Positions 28,540 through 43,057 are shown, counted from the stretch's first letter. The stretch is DNA of 64,000 nt from Octopus vulgaris (GCA_951406725.2 OX597835.1:6076001-6140000); one strand, 5' to 3'. Translations and numbers: made by a program. The notes: a model not told the origin generated them from the letters alone.

Positions 28540-30690
28540 TGTGTGTGTGTATAAATCTGTATGTGTGTGTGTGTATAAATCTGTATGTGTGTGTATAAAT
28601 CTGTATGTGTGTGTGTGTATAAATCTGTATGTGTGTGTATAAATCTGTATGTGTGTGTGTGTATAAATCTGTATGTGTGTGTATAAATCTGTATGTATGT
28701 GTGTGTATAAATCTGTATGTGTGTGTGTGTATAAATCTGTATGTGTGTGTGTGTATAAATCTGTATGTGTGTGTGTGTATAAATCTGTATGTGTGTGTGT
28801 GTATAAATCTGTATGTGTGTGTGTATAAATCTGTATGTGTGTGTGTGTATAAATCTGTATGTGTGTGTATAAATCTGTATGTGTGTGTGTGTATAAATCT
28901 GTATGTATGTGTGTGTATAAATCTGTATGTGTGTGTATAAATCTGTATGTGTGTGTGTGTATAAATCTGTATGTGTGTGTATAAATCTGTATGTGTGTGT
29001 GTGTATAAATCTGTATGTATGTGTGTGTATAAATCTGTATGTGTGTGTATAAATCTGTATGTGTGTGTATAAATCTGTATGTGTGTGTGTATAAATCTGT
29101 ATGTGTGTGTATAAATCTGTATGTGTGTGTGTGTGTATAAATCTGTATGTGTGTGTATAAATCTGTATGTGTGTGTGTGTATAAATCTGTATGTGTGTGT
29201 ATAAATCTGTATGTGTGTGTGTGTATAAATCTGTATGTGTGTGTATAAATCTGTATGTCTGTGTGTGTATAAATCTGTGTGTGTGTGTATAAATCTGTAT
29301 GTGTGTGTGTGTATAAATCTGTATGTGTGTGTATAAATCTGTATGTGTGTGTATAAATCTGTATGTGTGTGTGTGTATAAATCTGTATGTGTGTGTATAA
29401 ATCTGTATGTGTGTGTGTGTATAAATCTGTATGTGTGTGTATAAATCTGTATGTGTGTGTGTGTATAAATCTGTATGTGTGTGTATAAATCTGTATGTGT
29501 GTGTGTGTATAAATCTGTATGTGTGTGTATAAATCTGTATGTGTGTGTGTGTATAAATCTGTATGTGTGTGTGTGTATAAATCTGTATGTGTGTGTGTGT
29601 ATAAATCTGTATGTGTGTGTATAAATCTGTATGTGTGTGTGTGTATAAATCTGTATGTGTGTGTGTGTATAAATCTGTATGTGTGTGTATAAATCTGTAT
29701 GTGTGTGTGTGTATAAATCTGTATGTGTGTGTGTGTATAAATCTGTATGTGTGTGTATAAATCTGTGTGTGTGTGTATAAATCTGTATGTGTGTGTATAA
29801 ATCTGTATGTGTGTGTGTGTGTATAAATCTGTATGTGTGTGTGTGTGTATAAATCTGTATGTGTGTGTATAAATCTGTATGTGTGTGTATAAATCTGTAT
29901 GTGTGTGTGTGTGTATAAATCTGTATGTGTGTGTATAAATCTGTATGTGTGTGTGTGTATAAATCTGTATGTGTGTGTATAAATCTGTATGTGTGTGTGT
30001 GTATAAATCTGTATGTGTGTGTATAAATCTGTATGTGTGTGTGTGTATAAATCTGTATGTGTGTGTATAAATCTGTATGTGTGTGTGTGTATAAATCTGT
30101 ATGTGTGTGTATAAATCTGTATGTATGTGTGTGTATAAATCTGTATGTGTGTGTGTGTATAAATCTGTATGTGTGTGTGTGTATAAATCTGTACGTGTGT
30201 GTATAAATCTGTATGTGTGTGTATAAATCTGTATGTATGTGTGTGTATAAATCTGTATGTGTGTGTATAAATCTGTATGTGTGTGTGTGTATAAATCTGT
30301 ATGTGTGTGTATAAATCTGTATGTGTGTGTGTGTATAAATCTGTATGTATGTGTGTGTATAAATCTGTATGTGTGTGTGTGTATAAATCTGTATGTGTGT
30401 GTATAAATCTGTATGTGTGTGTGTGTATAAATCTGTATGTGTGTGTATAAATCTGTATGTGTGTGTGTGTATAAATCTGTATGTGTGTGTATAAATCTGT
30501 ATGTGTGTGTATAAATCTGTATGTGTGTGTATAAATCTGTATGTGTGTGTGTGTGTATAAATCTGTATGTGTGTGTATAAATCTGTATGTGTGTGTATAA
30601 ATCTGTATGTGTGTGTGTGTGTATAAATCTGTATGTATGTGTGTGTATAAATCTGTATGTGTGTGTGTGTATAAATCTGTATGTGTGTGC
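28540..30690. repeat. minisatellite, unit ATAAATCTGTAT(GT)n of 20-26 bp
   Basis: Invariant ataaatct core with a variable (GT) spacer over about 2.1 kb. Confidence 0.97.
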
Positions 30691-30736
30691 GCGTATGAAT
30701 ATGTGTGTGCGAGAGTATGACGAAAACCTAGATGTA

Positions 30737-31388
30737 TACTCTTATACTTGTTTCAGTCATTTGACTGCGGCCATGCTGGAACACCGCCTTTAGTCGAACA
30801 AATCGACCCCAGGACTTATTCTTTGTAAGCCTAGTACTTATTCTATCGGTTTCTTTTGCCGAACCGCTAAGTTACGGGGGCGTAAACACACCACCATCGG
30901 TTGTCAAGCGATATTGGAGTGACAAACACAGATACACACACACACACACACACACACATTATATACATATATATATATATTTCTTTACTGCCCACAAAGG
31001 GCTAAACATAGAGGGGACAAACAAGGACAAAGGAATCACAATGACCCCAGTTGCAAAACTGGTACTTTATTTATCGACCCCGAAAGGATGAAAGGCAAAG
31101 TCGACCTCGGCGGAATTTGAACTCAGAACATAACGACAGACGAAATACCGCTAAACATTTCGCCCGGCGCGCTAACGTTTCTGCCAGCTCGCCACCTTAT
31201 ATACATATATATATATATATATATACGACGGGCTTCTTTCGGTTTCCGTCTACCAAATCCACTCACAAGGCTTTGGTCGGCCCGAGGCTATAGTAGAAGA
31301 CACTTGCCCAAGGTGCCACGCAGTGGGACTGAACCCGGAACCATGTGGCTGGTTAGCAAGCTACTTACCACACAGCCACTCCTGCGCC
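30737..31388 (-). mobile_element. SINE family A with a nested family B copy
   Basis: The two halves of A flank 30979-31196. Confidence 0.88.
30979..31196 (-). mobile_element. SINE family B nested in the (TA)n tract of SINE A
   Basis: Head-to-tail B sequence with (TA)n on both sides. Confidence 0.88.
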
Positions 31389-31487
31389 TATGAAAACAAA
31401 AGAAATAGATTTCAATATCATTAAAATAGAGACCTATACGATATAAAATAGAAGCATGGAACACTCACATACAACACTCGGAGTTTC

Positions 31488-32002
31488 CCGCCGAGGTCGA
31501 CTTTGCCTTTCATTCTTTCGGGGTCGATAAATTAAGTACCAGTTACGCACTGGGGTCGATGTAATCGACTTACTCCGTTTGTCTGTCCTTGTTTGTCCCC
31601 TCTATGTTTAGCCCCTTGTATGTAGTATAGAAATAGGTATTTCATCTGCCGCTACGTTCTGAGTTCAAATTCCGCCGAGGTCGACTTTGCCTTTCATTCT
31701 TTCGGGGTCGATAAATTAAGTACCAGTTACGCACTGGGGTCGATGTAATCGACTTACTCCGTTTGTCTGTCCTTGTTTGTCCCCTCTATGTTTAGCCCCT
31801 TGTATGTAGTATAGAAATAGGTATTTCATCTGCCGCTACGTTCTGAGTTCAAATTCCACCGAGGTCGACTTTGCCTTTCATCCTTTCGGGGTCGATAATT
31901 TAAGTACCAGTTACACACTGGGTCAATGTAATCGACTTAATCCGTTTGTCTATCCTTGTTTGTCCCCTCTATGTTTAGCCCCTTGTGGGCAATAACGAAA
32001 TA
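31488..32002 (+). mobile_element. tandem trimer of headless SINE family B (184 bp period)
   Basis: Junction gaaatAggtatttc at 31635 and 31819. Confidence 0.9.
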
Positions 32003-32677
32003 AGATAGATAGATATACACAAGCACACAGGCGCATATACATACGCAAACACACACACACAAATATACATATTTTTGATGTATGTATGTGTAGCTGGAGC
32101 CGAAAGAGTTAAAAATTCGCTTCTTAATCGCAAATTCTCGGGTTAGAATCCAGCAAGATTTGTGGAACTTTCTTTTTCTATAATCTCAACTCAACCAATG
32201 CTTTATGGGTGAAATGGGATTCACAGAAACTTCGGGTAATGCCGCCAGATGAACAGATGGACTGTACCAGTAATTTTTAAGGCATAGCCTCGTCTCTGAG
32301 TACCACACCAATTCAACCTGAGAAATTACAATAAGTGTACACGAGACTATGGAATACTCATCCACTGGTATTCTAATTCAATGATCAATTGGTTCAGTTG
32401 ATAGCAGAAATTGATATTCATCGTTAAGCTGACAGAGATCCATTTCCTAAACACACACACACATCATAATATATATATATATATATACTAAGCAATAAAG
32501 GGTTTAGCAACGAATTGCCTTACCACAGACCGAATTTAGAAATAGCAGTCAAAGAGTTATAGCTATTTCTTCTACTAAAAAGGGAGATCTCAGTAAAAAA
32601 CACAGCAATTGGAAGGCAGACACAAACAGGTAAGAGAGAATGAATTGACGGCAATCTATCATACAATTTTAAGTTAT

Positions 32678-32775
32678 CTACGGACGCACGTTTCGAAATC
32701 AAGTTTTTAGGAAAGCATAAGAATTAAATATTAAATAATTCTACGTTACCCAAACTTCTTTTCTCTTCAGCGTAG
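32678..32775 (-). ncRNA. type I hammerhead ribozyme motif with canonical core and GUC site, in a probable Penelope-like terminus (about 32487-32850)
   Basis: Minus strand: ctacg-CTGAAGA-gaaa...tttc-GAAA-cgtgcg-TC-cgtag; stem II extended by aagttt/aaactt and gaatta/taattc pairings. Confidence 0.78.
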
Positions 32776-33196
32776 AATACTATAATCATAAATGATTATA
32801 TATTGAATTTTGAGATACTAGAAGGCACCAACTCAACTCAGTATCAGTATATATATATATATATATACAAACATATATATATTGCGTTGTAGCATGTACG
32901 GCAGTGTCGTGTGCGTGTTAGCTAAGTAGTAACGGGCGCATTAACCAAACCAAGCAACAACGTATGCAATGAGGCATATAAAAGCCATTTTAGAAGATCG
33001 TCTTTCGCGGATCAAATGGAATTCTTACTGAAGCCAAACTACACTGAGACTACTTCACCAAATTTGGTTCAGTTGGATTCAATGATTGTTCCATTCCATT
33101 GTTTCAGGCGTGTAATGGACTTTGCATTCATTGGTATTATTGATATTCGATATATATATACATATATACACATGTTTGTCTCTGTATAAGAGTGCG

Positions 33197-33301
<105 letters not shown>

Positions 33302-33542
33302 GTATGTATATAGTGTATTTAAACTTTATATGTGTGCCTGGGAACTTATCAATTATACATACACACAAACACACACACACACACACACACACAGAAATGC
33401 ACCCACACATTAATACACAGGCCGATGCACCCATTTGTTTTGATATATATATATGTGTATATGTATGTGTGTGTGTATGTATGTGTGTATGTATGTATGT
33501 ATGTATGTATGTATATGTATATATGTGTGTATGTATGTATGC

Positions 33543-33574
<32 letters not shown>

Positions 33575-33598
33575 GTATGCATGTTGTATGTGTGTATG

Positions 33599-33631
<33 letters not shown>

Positions 33632-34454
33632 GTTTATCTGTGCATGAGTGCGGATGTGTGTGTCTATCATACACACACAAACACATATAACATGGAAACG
33701 TATAGAAGATATACAAAGAAACGTAAGCACTCATATTCACACATACCTTGTTACGTCTCAGTATGCACACGTGCATGTACAAGCTATCACACATGTGCAT
33801 ATACACACATATATAAAATGCAGGCACGCATGGACACATATTACGCATTTACAAATCTGCATGTACACGTTATCTTCGAGCTTGAAAATACATACCTACG
33901 TACTTTGACGTACACAGTCACCTTCAAATCATCTATGTTACATGGCATGCAAGATTTAAACACAGAGAGAGAAGGGGATTAAAAGAGCGAGAGAAAGATA
34001 AGGGTAGATTAGTGAGAAAGAGGGAGAGAGAAGGAATGCGTAAGAGAGAGTGCATGGAAGTACGATTGTTATACTCAGAAGAACATAAGAAGATTCATGT
34101 GTTAACTGGCTCAATTGTACAATATAATAACAGGCATGAACATGTACTTTTAGACAGTCGCTGCTTCTTTTTTTACAATGTTCCGAATGTTACGGAAACC
34201 TGTCTGCCTCATCGATGGCGTGGTGTATTCGATTACGTGTCTTTGTGATATTTACGTGAGTATTCTTCCAATAAACAGGATAAAGAACGTACTACGTGTC
34301 TGTTGAAATATGTTGGTGCGTGCTAGTAGGCCTTAGAATTTTTTTTTTGTGAGCCCTACATCTCACAAAGGCCGGTCACCTGGTTACCACGGATGACTGA
34401 GATCACAACATTCCCCATGAACGGGCCGCCGTGCCATTGCAGGATTCAAGGCGG

Positions 34455-34630
34455 GTACAAGTCGATTACATTTGAGTCCCATACTTGGCCGGTTCTTTAT
34501 TTTAGTGACTGCGAAGGTATGAAAGACAAACCTGAGCTCGGTGGTATTTGAACTCAGAACAGACGAAGCCGGAAGAAATGCCGCTAAGCATTCTGTCCGA
34601 CGTGCAAACGATAATGCCGGTTCGCCATCT
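34455..34630 (-). mobile_element. old SINE family B copy
   Basis: aagtcgattaca...tttgaactcagaac...gaaatgccgctaagcatt...ttcgcc. Confidence 0.65.
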
Positions 34631-35112
34631 TCATGCCTTACAATTTGGGTATGCATAAATGTATGGAATAATTTACATCTGCTTTGAAATGCATGCATTT
34701 CTACATACAAGCACGTGACCGAGTGGAAAGAACGTTGCGGCTGTTTCTATTTCTAGACCTGGCGGCGGGTTGTGTTCTTTCATTTCAGATTTCTCCAATC
34801 CATTCACCTGAAACTGAATACCAACAGCAGCTGGTGACGTCTCTCTCACGGACTGGCGTTCTGTAATGGGAAGTTATACATGTCTGAAGCTGTCATGAGC
34901 TCCGAATTAATGACAGAGGTAAGAGCACCGACTTAGGTTTGCCATAATCGTTATAAAGTTGGACAAAATACTATGTCGTATTCGATCTGACTTTCTCTGC
35001 TCTGAGTTCAAATTCTTTCAAGCTTCACTTTGTCTTTTATCCTTTCGGGGCCCTAAAACACACCATTTGCACGACTCGAGCAGATAATTCATCTCTCCTA
35101 GTCTCTCTCTCC

Positions 35113-35162
<50 letters not shown>

Positions 35163-35414
35163 GTTCCTCTCTTACTCTTCCTATATCTAGAGAAGCGTCG
35201 GAGAGGGAGAAGTCAATATACATATATACATAAGCAAGGGAGATTGTTTAATCATCTGCAAAAATATTTCTGTAAATCATTTACTTTTTCATTTCACATT
35301 TCATTTCGTTTCATCCTCTCCTCTTGTCAACCAATAACAACAACATCTCAGCTATCACCCCAAAATATTTGTCCTTTCTCACAAATATCTCCTACTATCT
35401 ATCTATCTATCTAT

Positions 35415-35566
35415 CTGTGTGGTAAGTAGCTTGTCAACTAACCACATGGTTCCGGGTTCAGTCCCACTGCGTGGCACCTTCGGCAAGTGTCTTCTACTAT
35501 AGCCTCGGGCCGACGAAACCCTTGTGAGTGGATTTGGTAGACGGAAACTGAAAGAAGCCCGTCGAA

Positions 35567-35620
<54 letters not shown>

Positions 35621-35842
35621 TGTGTGTGTGTTTGTGTGTCTGTGTTTGTCCCCTAGCATTGCTTGACAACCGATGCTGGTGTGTTCATGTCCCCGTTACT
35701 TTGCGGTTCGGCAAAAGAGATCGATAGAATAAGTACTAGGCTTACAAAAGAATAAGTCCCGGCGTCGAGTTGCTCGATTAAAGGCGGTGCTGCAACATGG
35801 CCGCAGTCAAATGACTGAAACAAGTAAAAGAGTAAAAGAGTA
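35415..35842 (+). mobile_element. SINE family A
   Basis: Matches other A copies and carries the tail. Confidence 0.88.
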
Positions 35843-35849
35843 TATATAC

Positions 35850-35923
<74 letters not shown>

Positions 35924-36445
35924 GTGGAGGCGCAATGTGTGATTATTCAGTTTTATCTCAAGATCTCTTGCCAATAGAGAAAGAGCCGGTTTCTAACCTA
36001 GATCCAAGGCCCCTTCATTGGAATTTCAACAACCTCAACAGGGTATTTTTATATGTATGGATGTATATGTGCAGATTTGTATGTTTTATGTATGTATGCA
36101 TGTAAGTATGTATGTATGTATGTATGTATGTATGTATGTATGTATGTATGTATGTATGTATGTATGTACGTACGTACGTATATATGCAACAGGTCGTTTC
36201 CCGCTCTTTTATCTCAGAGAATCTCTGCATTTGAATCCTTAGTTGATTAATACTATTATATTCAGTAAGTTTTAATTCAATCTCTCGATAAACCACTGAT
36301 GCAGTTAACCATAGCACCTATAGATATACATTACAGCTAATCCTATTTAGGAGCGGTAGCCTGTGCGTCGGTAGACATCAAAGGAACGCTTCTGCCTTTC
36401 GCACCAAAATACAAAAACAAAAAATACTTCCAGAAAGTTCCCTGA

Positions 36446-36579
<134 letters not shown>

Positions 36580-36702
36580 GATCTCTCAACAGAGATAATC
36601 AGGCTTGCGGCTGGAGGCTATGTCACGCTGGGTCAGCTTATATAAGACCAGCTCTCACAACCTACTTCTCTTATAAACAACATACACCTCTCTCCTTCTC
36701 CT

Positions 36703-36740
<38 letters not shown>

Positions 36741-36847
36741 ACTCGTGCTCAGCTCAAAACCTGGATGTTTTGATAGATGACATCATCTCCAAACTTTTAC
36801 AGGGTGCGATAAAATACATCAGGTTCACCATTCTTGATAAGAATACC

Positions 36848-37078
36848 CATTTCTTTACTACCCACAAGGGGCTAAACACAGAGGAGACAAACAAGGACAG
36901 ACCGACGGATTAAGTCGACTACATCGACCCCAGTGCGTAACTGCTACTTAATTTATCGACCCCGAAAGGATGAAAGGCAAAGTCGACCTCGGCAGAATTT
37001 GAACTCAGAACGTAACGCCAGACGAAATACGGCTACGCATTACGCCCGGCGTGCTAACGTTTCAGCCAGCTCGCCGCC
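36848..37078 (-). mobile_element. SINE family B, full length with 17 bp TSD
   Basis: TSD ttcttgataagaatacc at 36831-36847 and 37079-37095. Confidence 0.92.
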
Positions 37079-37331
37079 TTCTTGATAAGAATACCAACAG
37101 ACGCAGAATGAACACCATTTCAGCGATAATGCGAACCAAGGAACAACAAGTGGCAAAATCTTATCTACCAAAATACTCCATTACCATCTGCCAAACTTCT
37201 CTATCACCAAACCAATGACCGTTTAAAATAGGGAAGGTTTTTTTGGTCACAAACCCAATTAAACAGTAACGCCCTCTCAGTTGAACATGACACATTACTA
37301 ATCAAACGAACATTTATGGAAAAAATGTACA

Positions 37332-37709
37332 GGCGTGGGAGTGGCTGTGTGGTAAGTAGCTTGCTTACGAACCACATGGTTCTGGGTTCAGTCCCACTGC
37401 GTGGCACCTTGGGCAACTGTCTTCTACTATAGCCTCGAGCCGACCAAAGCCTTGTGAGTGGATTTGGTAGACGGAAACTGAAAGAAGTCCATCGTATATA
37501 TGTGTGTCTGTGTTTGTCCCTCCAACATCGCTTGACAACTGATGCTGGTGTGTTTATGTCCCCGTGACTTAGATGTTCGGCAAAAGAGACCGATAGAATA
37601 AGTACTAGGCTTACAAAGAATAAGTCCTGGGGTCAATTTGCTCGACTAAAGGCGGTGCTCCAGCATGGCCACAGTCAAATGACTGAAACAAGTAAAAGAG
37701 TAAAGAGTA
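37332..37709 (+). mobile_element. SINE family A, full length with a minimal internal microsatellite
   Basis: Matches other A copies. Confidence 0.9.
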
Positions 37710-37767
37710 TAATACAACTATACAAATATTTACATGTTGAATGATTTTAATATTTCATTTTGTCTAA

Positions 37768-38350
37768 AGCGACGAGCTAGCAGAATGGTTAGCAAGCCGG
37801 ACAATATATTCTGCGGCATTTCGTCCGTCTTTATGTTCTGAATTCAAATTCCGCTGAGGTCGACTTTGTTTTTCATCCTATCGGAATGGATAAAGTAATT
37901 TATCAGCTGAGAAGTGGGGTCGATGTAAGGGCCTCCCTTCCTCCCCAGAAACTGCTGGTTCTGTGCCAAGTTTTGAAGCCAATATTTCATTTTGTCTGGG
38001 TTAGTATACTTTTGCTTCAGCTATGATCTGACAGACTGTTTTGCGCCATTAAACATGGCGGAGCTCAAATCTGGCCGAGGCTTTGCCGCTTCATTATTTC
38101 AGGGTCAATATAGTAAAGTTCCAGCCAAGTACCAGGGTCGATTTAATCATCGATAAACCACCTTCTCTCTCAATTTATGGCCTTGTACCTATGTAAGGAA
38201 TTATTATTTCAGGATCTGTAAAGCGTTGGATAACCCGCCTTTTATGGTACCGGATACCGTTCCTTCAATATTTAAGTTCCAATCGCAGTCATGTCGACTT
38301 TGTTTTTTATCATTCCAGGGTCGTCAAGATAAGTAACATTCAAATACTGA
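37768..38350 (+). mobile_element. cluster of three older SINE family B copies or fragments
   Basis: Core resembling tcaaat...gtcgactttg...tcat...gggtc recurs at about 37845, 38065 and 38280. Confidence 0.6.
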
Positions 38351-38767
38351 AGCCTTCGTTCCTTCAAAATAATCTGGGAATCATTTGCTAAGCAATTACA
38401 CTCCGTGAAAAGAAACGTAAGTTATTTCGTCGTAACATTTCAATGGTGGGGTGTATTTTAGAACAATTTGAAAAGTGTCTTCGTTTTAAACCGTAAAGCA
38501 AGAATGGCAATAAATATAGAGTTTTTTTCATTAAGTTATGAAAATTACCAAAATAGGGGGTGGGTGGGATTTATCCTAGAACGGAACAAGATAGAAGTTT
38601 TCAGCAACTAAAGAGAAATCAAGAAACTAACACTATTATGATTATAGGTTCGGATTGTCTGTGGGAGCCAATTTTATTTCAAAAGCATCAGAAAACCTAA
38701 TTATATAAAATGGGGCATGTCCTTATTTCTTTATTTTTAATGATCATCACCACTGTTGTTGTTGTTG

Positions 38768-38833
<66 letters not shown>

Positions 38834-39351
38834 TTGTTTTTTTTTAATTATAGGATGTCAGGAAAGTCTTCGAGAAATCAATTCCATTGATTTGTGGAAT
38901 CAGAAGAAATGTTTTCGGGTTATATTTTTATCCAAATATTTCTTCCAGATTTTTTTTCTTTCTCACTTAAAAATTTTCTTTTATCTCTACTTCTTCCGCC
39001 GTTTTCTCAACGCACCACCGCCATTTTGAATTCTTTAAGACTTTCTGTTGATTTAATCATTTTTTTTTTTTATATTCTTTCACTCCTCAACAGTGACGCT
39101 TTTCTCTTGTTTTGTTTTTTTAGTTTTTTTAGTTTTTTTTTTTATTCTCAACACCCCGTCTTTACACCTGACACATCATGCGGTATTTATTGATTTCATC
39201 ATGAAATGCTTTCTTGATAGTGTCTCGCTTTGCTTCCCTTAAACATATGTGTATAAGTGTGTGTGTGTGTGGACATACATACGTAGATACGTGTGTGTGG
39301 ACATACATACGTAGATACGTGTGTGTGTGTGTGTGTGTGGACATACATACA

Positions 39352-39394
<43 letters not shown>

Positions 39395-39534
39395 TGTGTG
39401 TTTGTGAATGTATGTATACATAGTTACACCTACGTAGATAAATAGTGAGAATCTTAAAAAATTAGTCTATACATTTGAATTAGTCTATACATTCAATGAC
39501 GCATAAGCACCACTTATTCAACTTAAACAGTGAA

Positions 39535-39568
<34 letters not shown>

Positions 39569-40019
39569 TGCGTATGTGTGTGTGTATGTATATATACATA
39601 AACTATGCTTATATATTTTTTATATCATATTCTAATATTCCAATTACTTAACTTAGAGAATCAATCTAAAATATCATACTTCTACAGTGGAGTTATTACC
39701 TTTTCTGCATGAAATAGCAGCCAAACCCCTCATCCTTCTGCTTTAAAGGAAGTTACATCCTATCGCCTTTAAAGAAAAATGCATTATATAAAGTAAGTAC
39801 TAGGCATGCTCTTTCTTCTTACAAGACGAGATGATCAAGTGTGGAACGCCATGGATCGTAAGTACCCCCCCCCCTCCGTGGTGTCGTGTGCTAAACAACA
39901 TGGACGTCAGTCTAAGTGAAAAAGTCGTCTCCGATATTATATCAGTCAGAATACATTTTTTAAACATGATATATGCACAAGGTGGTTCATAAATGACTTT
40001 ATCATTATAATTACTTTTA

Positions 40020-40155
40020 TAGATAGATAGATAAATAGATAAGTAGGTAGGTAGGTAGGTAGGTAGGTAGGTAGGCAGGTGGGGAGGTAGGTAGGTAGGT
40101 AGGTAGGTAGGTAGGTAGGTAGGTAGGTAGGTAGGTAGGTAGGTAGGTAGGTAGG

Positions 40156-40235
<80 letters not shown>

Positions 40236-40236
40236 C
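40020..40236. repeat. (AGGT)n/(AGAT)n microsatellite
   Basis: Read directly. Confidence 0.95.
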
Positions 40237-41497
40237 ATTCCTGATAAACTTTTGTTTATTCTGTTGTTAGCATAGTGTGCTTGTATACCCATGCCCAGGA
40301 ATAGCATAGGCAAATGATACCGATACTAAGAACGGATACTATTATCCCTCAGCCGGTTATTCCAGCCACTGATTCTGCTTACTTTGTTATATATATATAG
40401 GTGCAGGCGTGACTGTGTGGGAAGAAGCTTGCTTCTCCCACTGCGCATGCATGTGTTGTTGTGAGTGTGCGCATGCGTTGTTGTCAGTGTTGTGCGTATC
40501 GCCGAAAGACTTGGCCAAGCTGTGTACAGCTGGTGAAAAAAGAAGCTCAATTGTAAGGTAAGACTTTTGTTTTTTGGGTCCAGTGGGGATTTATTGTTTG
40601 CGGTAATTATTTTTGTACAAATAAGAGGTCCTCACTGGATTCTAAACTCTGGTCTGCCTGCAGTTGTGCAAAAGTGGTTCACGTAAAGTAAACATTTTTT
40701 TCTCACTTAATTGTGAGAATTGTTGCTGGGGGGCGTATCGTGCCTCCTAAAAATTTGTTCACTTTTTGTGAATTTTAAAAATAATTGTGAGAATTGCTGT
40801 TTTGGGGGAGTGTCTTTGCCACCGAATATTGAACGACTTGTATACCAGTTTTTGTGGAAGTTGTGTTCCAGTTGTGGCGTTCTCTCTCCTTCTTGCTCAC
40901 ACATTATCTCTCATATACACGTACATAAATACATATGCGTACAACTTTTTATTGTATGTATGTGTGTGTTTGTGTGCATGTGAGAAAGAGGGTGAGTGAC
41001 TGTATTACTTCATAACATATAGAGAAAAGGATGTCTTTTAATGGGTGACTAATTCGGATGAACATTACTTTCATTATTCACACATCGTCCCTCTCGTAAT
41101 GCAACACTTTGTAATTCTGATTCGAATTGAAAGTGTGAACCTATTTTCACTTTCTAATGAAACCTGGTCGTTGTAGAGTAGTGTCTTTCAAATAGATTTA
41201 GCTGGTTGTTGAGATAACGTAGAAAATATGTAAATGAAAATAAAGTTCGTTTGGTAACCGAAAGATTGCTAAATCTTTTGATACTCTATATGTCAAAATC
41301 GGCATAAAGAACATACGCGCGCACACACACACAGACACACACAGACACACACAGACACACACAGACATACACATACACACAAACTTTCTTTTATATATAT
41401 AGATTTCTTGCGAATAGAGAAAGTGCTGGTTTCTATATATGTATGTTTGATTCTGTGTATGAGTAATCTTTTATGGAACGGTGACGTCAGCAGGGTG

Positions 41498-41566
<69 letters not shown>

Positions 41567-41853
41567 GTATGTATATGTGTGTATATGTGTATATATGTAT
41601 ATACAGAGAGGGAGAGAGAAAGAGAAAGAACGAGAGGTACACATACAGTAAATATATTTCAAATATTCTTTAAATGCATTCAGTATTTCTAGCGCCATTA
41701 TAATGTATTAATTCTTTACAGTTGTTATGTCATAAGATATTATCATTTCTGTATCATTATTATCGTTATGATTGTCTTTATTGCTTCAGAATTTAAATTA
41801 AGAAAATAGTCGTTTCTCTTTTAAAAATAATAAAATAGGAATGAATCCTTTTA

Positions 41854-41930
<77 letters not shown>

Positions 41931-42452
41931 TAGTAATAATAATAATAATTGATAATAATAATAATAATCTGTCGAGTATTCGCTCTGCTATTATGACTGC
42001 AGTCAGCGTTTCTTTTTGAAGTATTTTATTTTATTTTATTATATTTATTTTACATTGTTTCGTTTAGCGATAAGAATTACACGGAGAGCGATTATGGAAG
42101 ATCACACGCGACATAATTGATTTTCCAATAACAGCAACTAAATAACTCTACCTAACACGCTCACAGAATGACATTGCAACGCAATAATACAGCATTTGAC
42201 TATTAATAATTTCACATCGGAGGGTGAGGTCGCAATGGACTAGCAGGGGCTGGCGGGCGGGCGGGCAGGCGGGCTAGAGGGCTGGCAGGTTGGAAGGCTG
42301 GCAGGCTGGCGTGCTGGCGTGCTGGCGTGCTGTTGATGCGATTGTGTGGTGAGAGGAGGAATAGCTGTTACGAATTAATACTTCGATAATATTTCTATAT
42401 CCGGCTATACTTTGAAATCTTTTTGTTTTCTTCCGTCATCGGTTTTTATTTG

Positions 42453-42521
<69 letters not shown>

Positions 42522-42841
42522 TGTGTGTGTGTGTGGGTTTCCTGGATCATCTCTTGTTTCTTTTTCTGTTTTTCTTCTAGATTATTTTTTTATAATTAAT
42601 TGGAAATTTATTTTTATATTTATTTTTTATGACAATGAAAATGTTTGATACCTTTTCACTACTATACATTCATACACACATACATATATACATACATACA
42701 TTTTTGTGTGTGTATTTGTGTGTATGCATATGTATATATGTGTTTGTATCTGTGTGTGCGTGTATGTATATATATTTTCTGTATGTATATAATAATAACA
42801 ATAATTCTAAGATGGAGTTTATAAATATTTAATACATCACT

Positions 42842-42894
<53 letters not shown>

Positions 42895-42896
<2 letters not shown>

Positions 42897-43057
42897 CGCG
42901 GGCGTGGCTGTGCGGTAAGAAGCTTGCTTCCCAACCACACGGATCTGAGTTCACTTCCACTGCAGGGCACCTTGCGCAAGTGTTTTCTACTATAGCCTCG
43001 TAGTCGACCAAAGCTTTGTGAGCGGCTTTGATAGGCGGAAACTGAAAGAAACCTGTC

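Noticed and set aside
28540-30690. CRISPR-like repeat-spacer appearance
   Set aside because: Spacers are only (GT)n length variants; eukaryotic context; no cas genes.
40440-40870. Possible Helitron or other transposon internal fragment with a roughly 75 bp repeat
   Set aside because: No termini recognisable; cannot classify.
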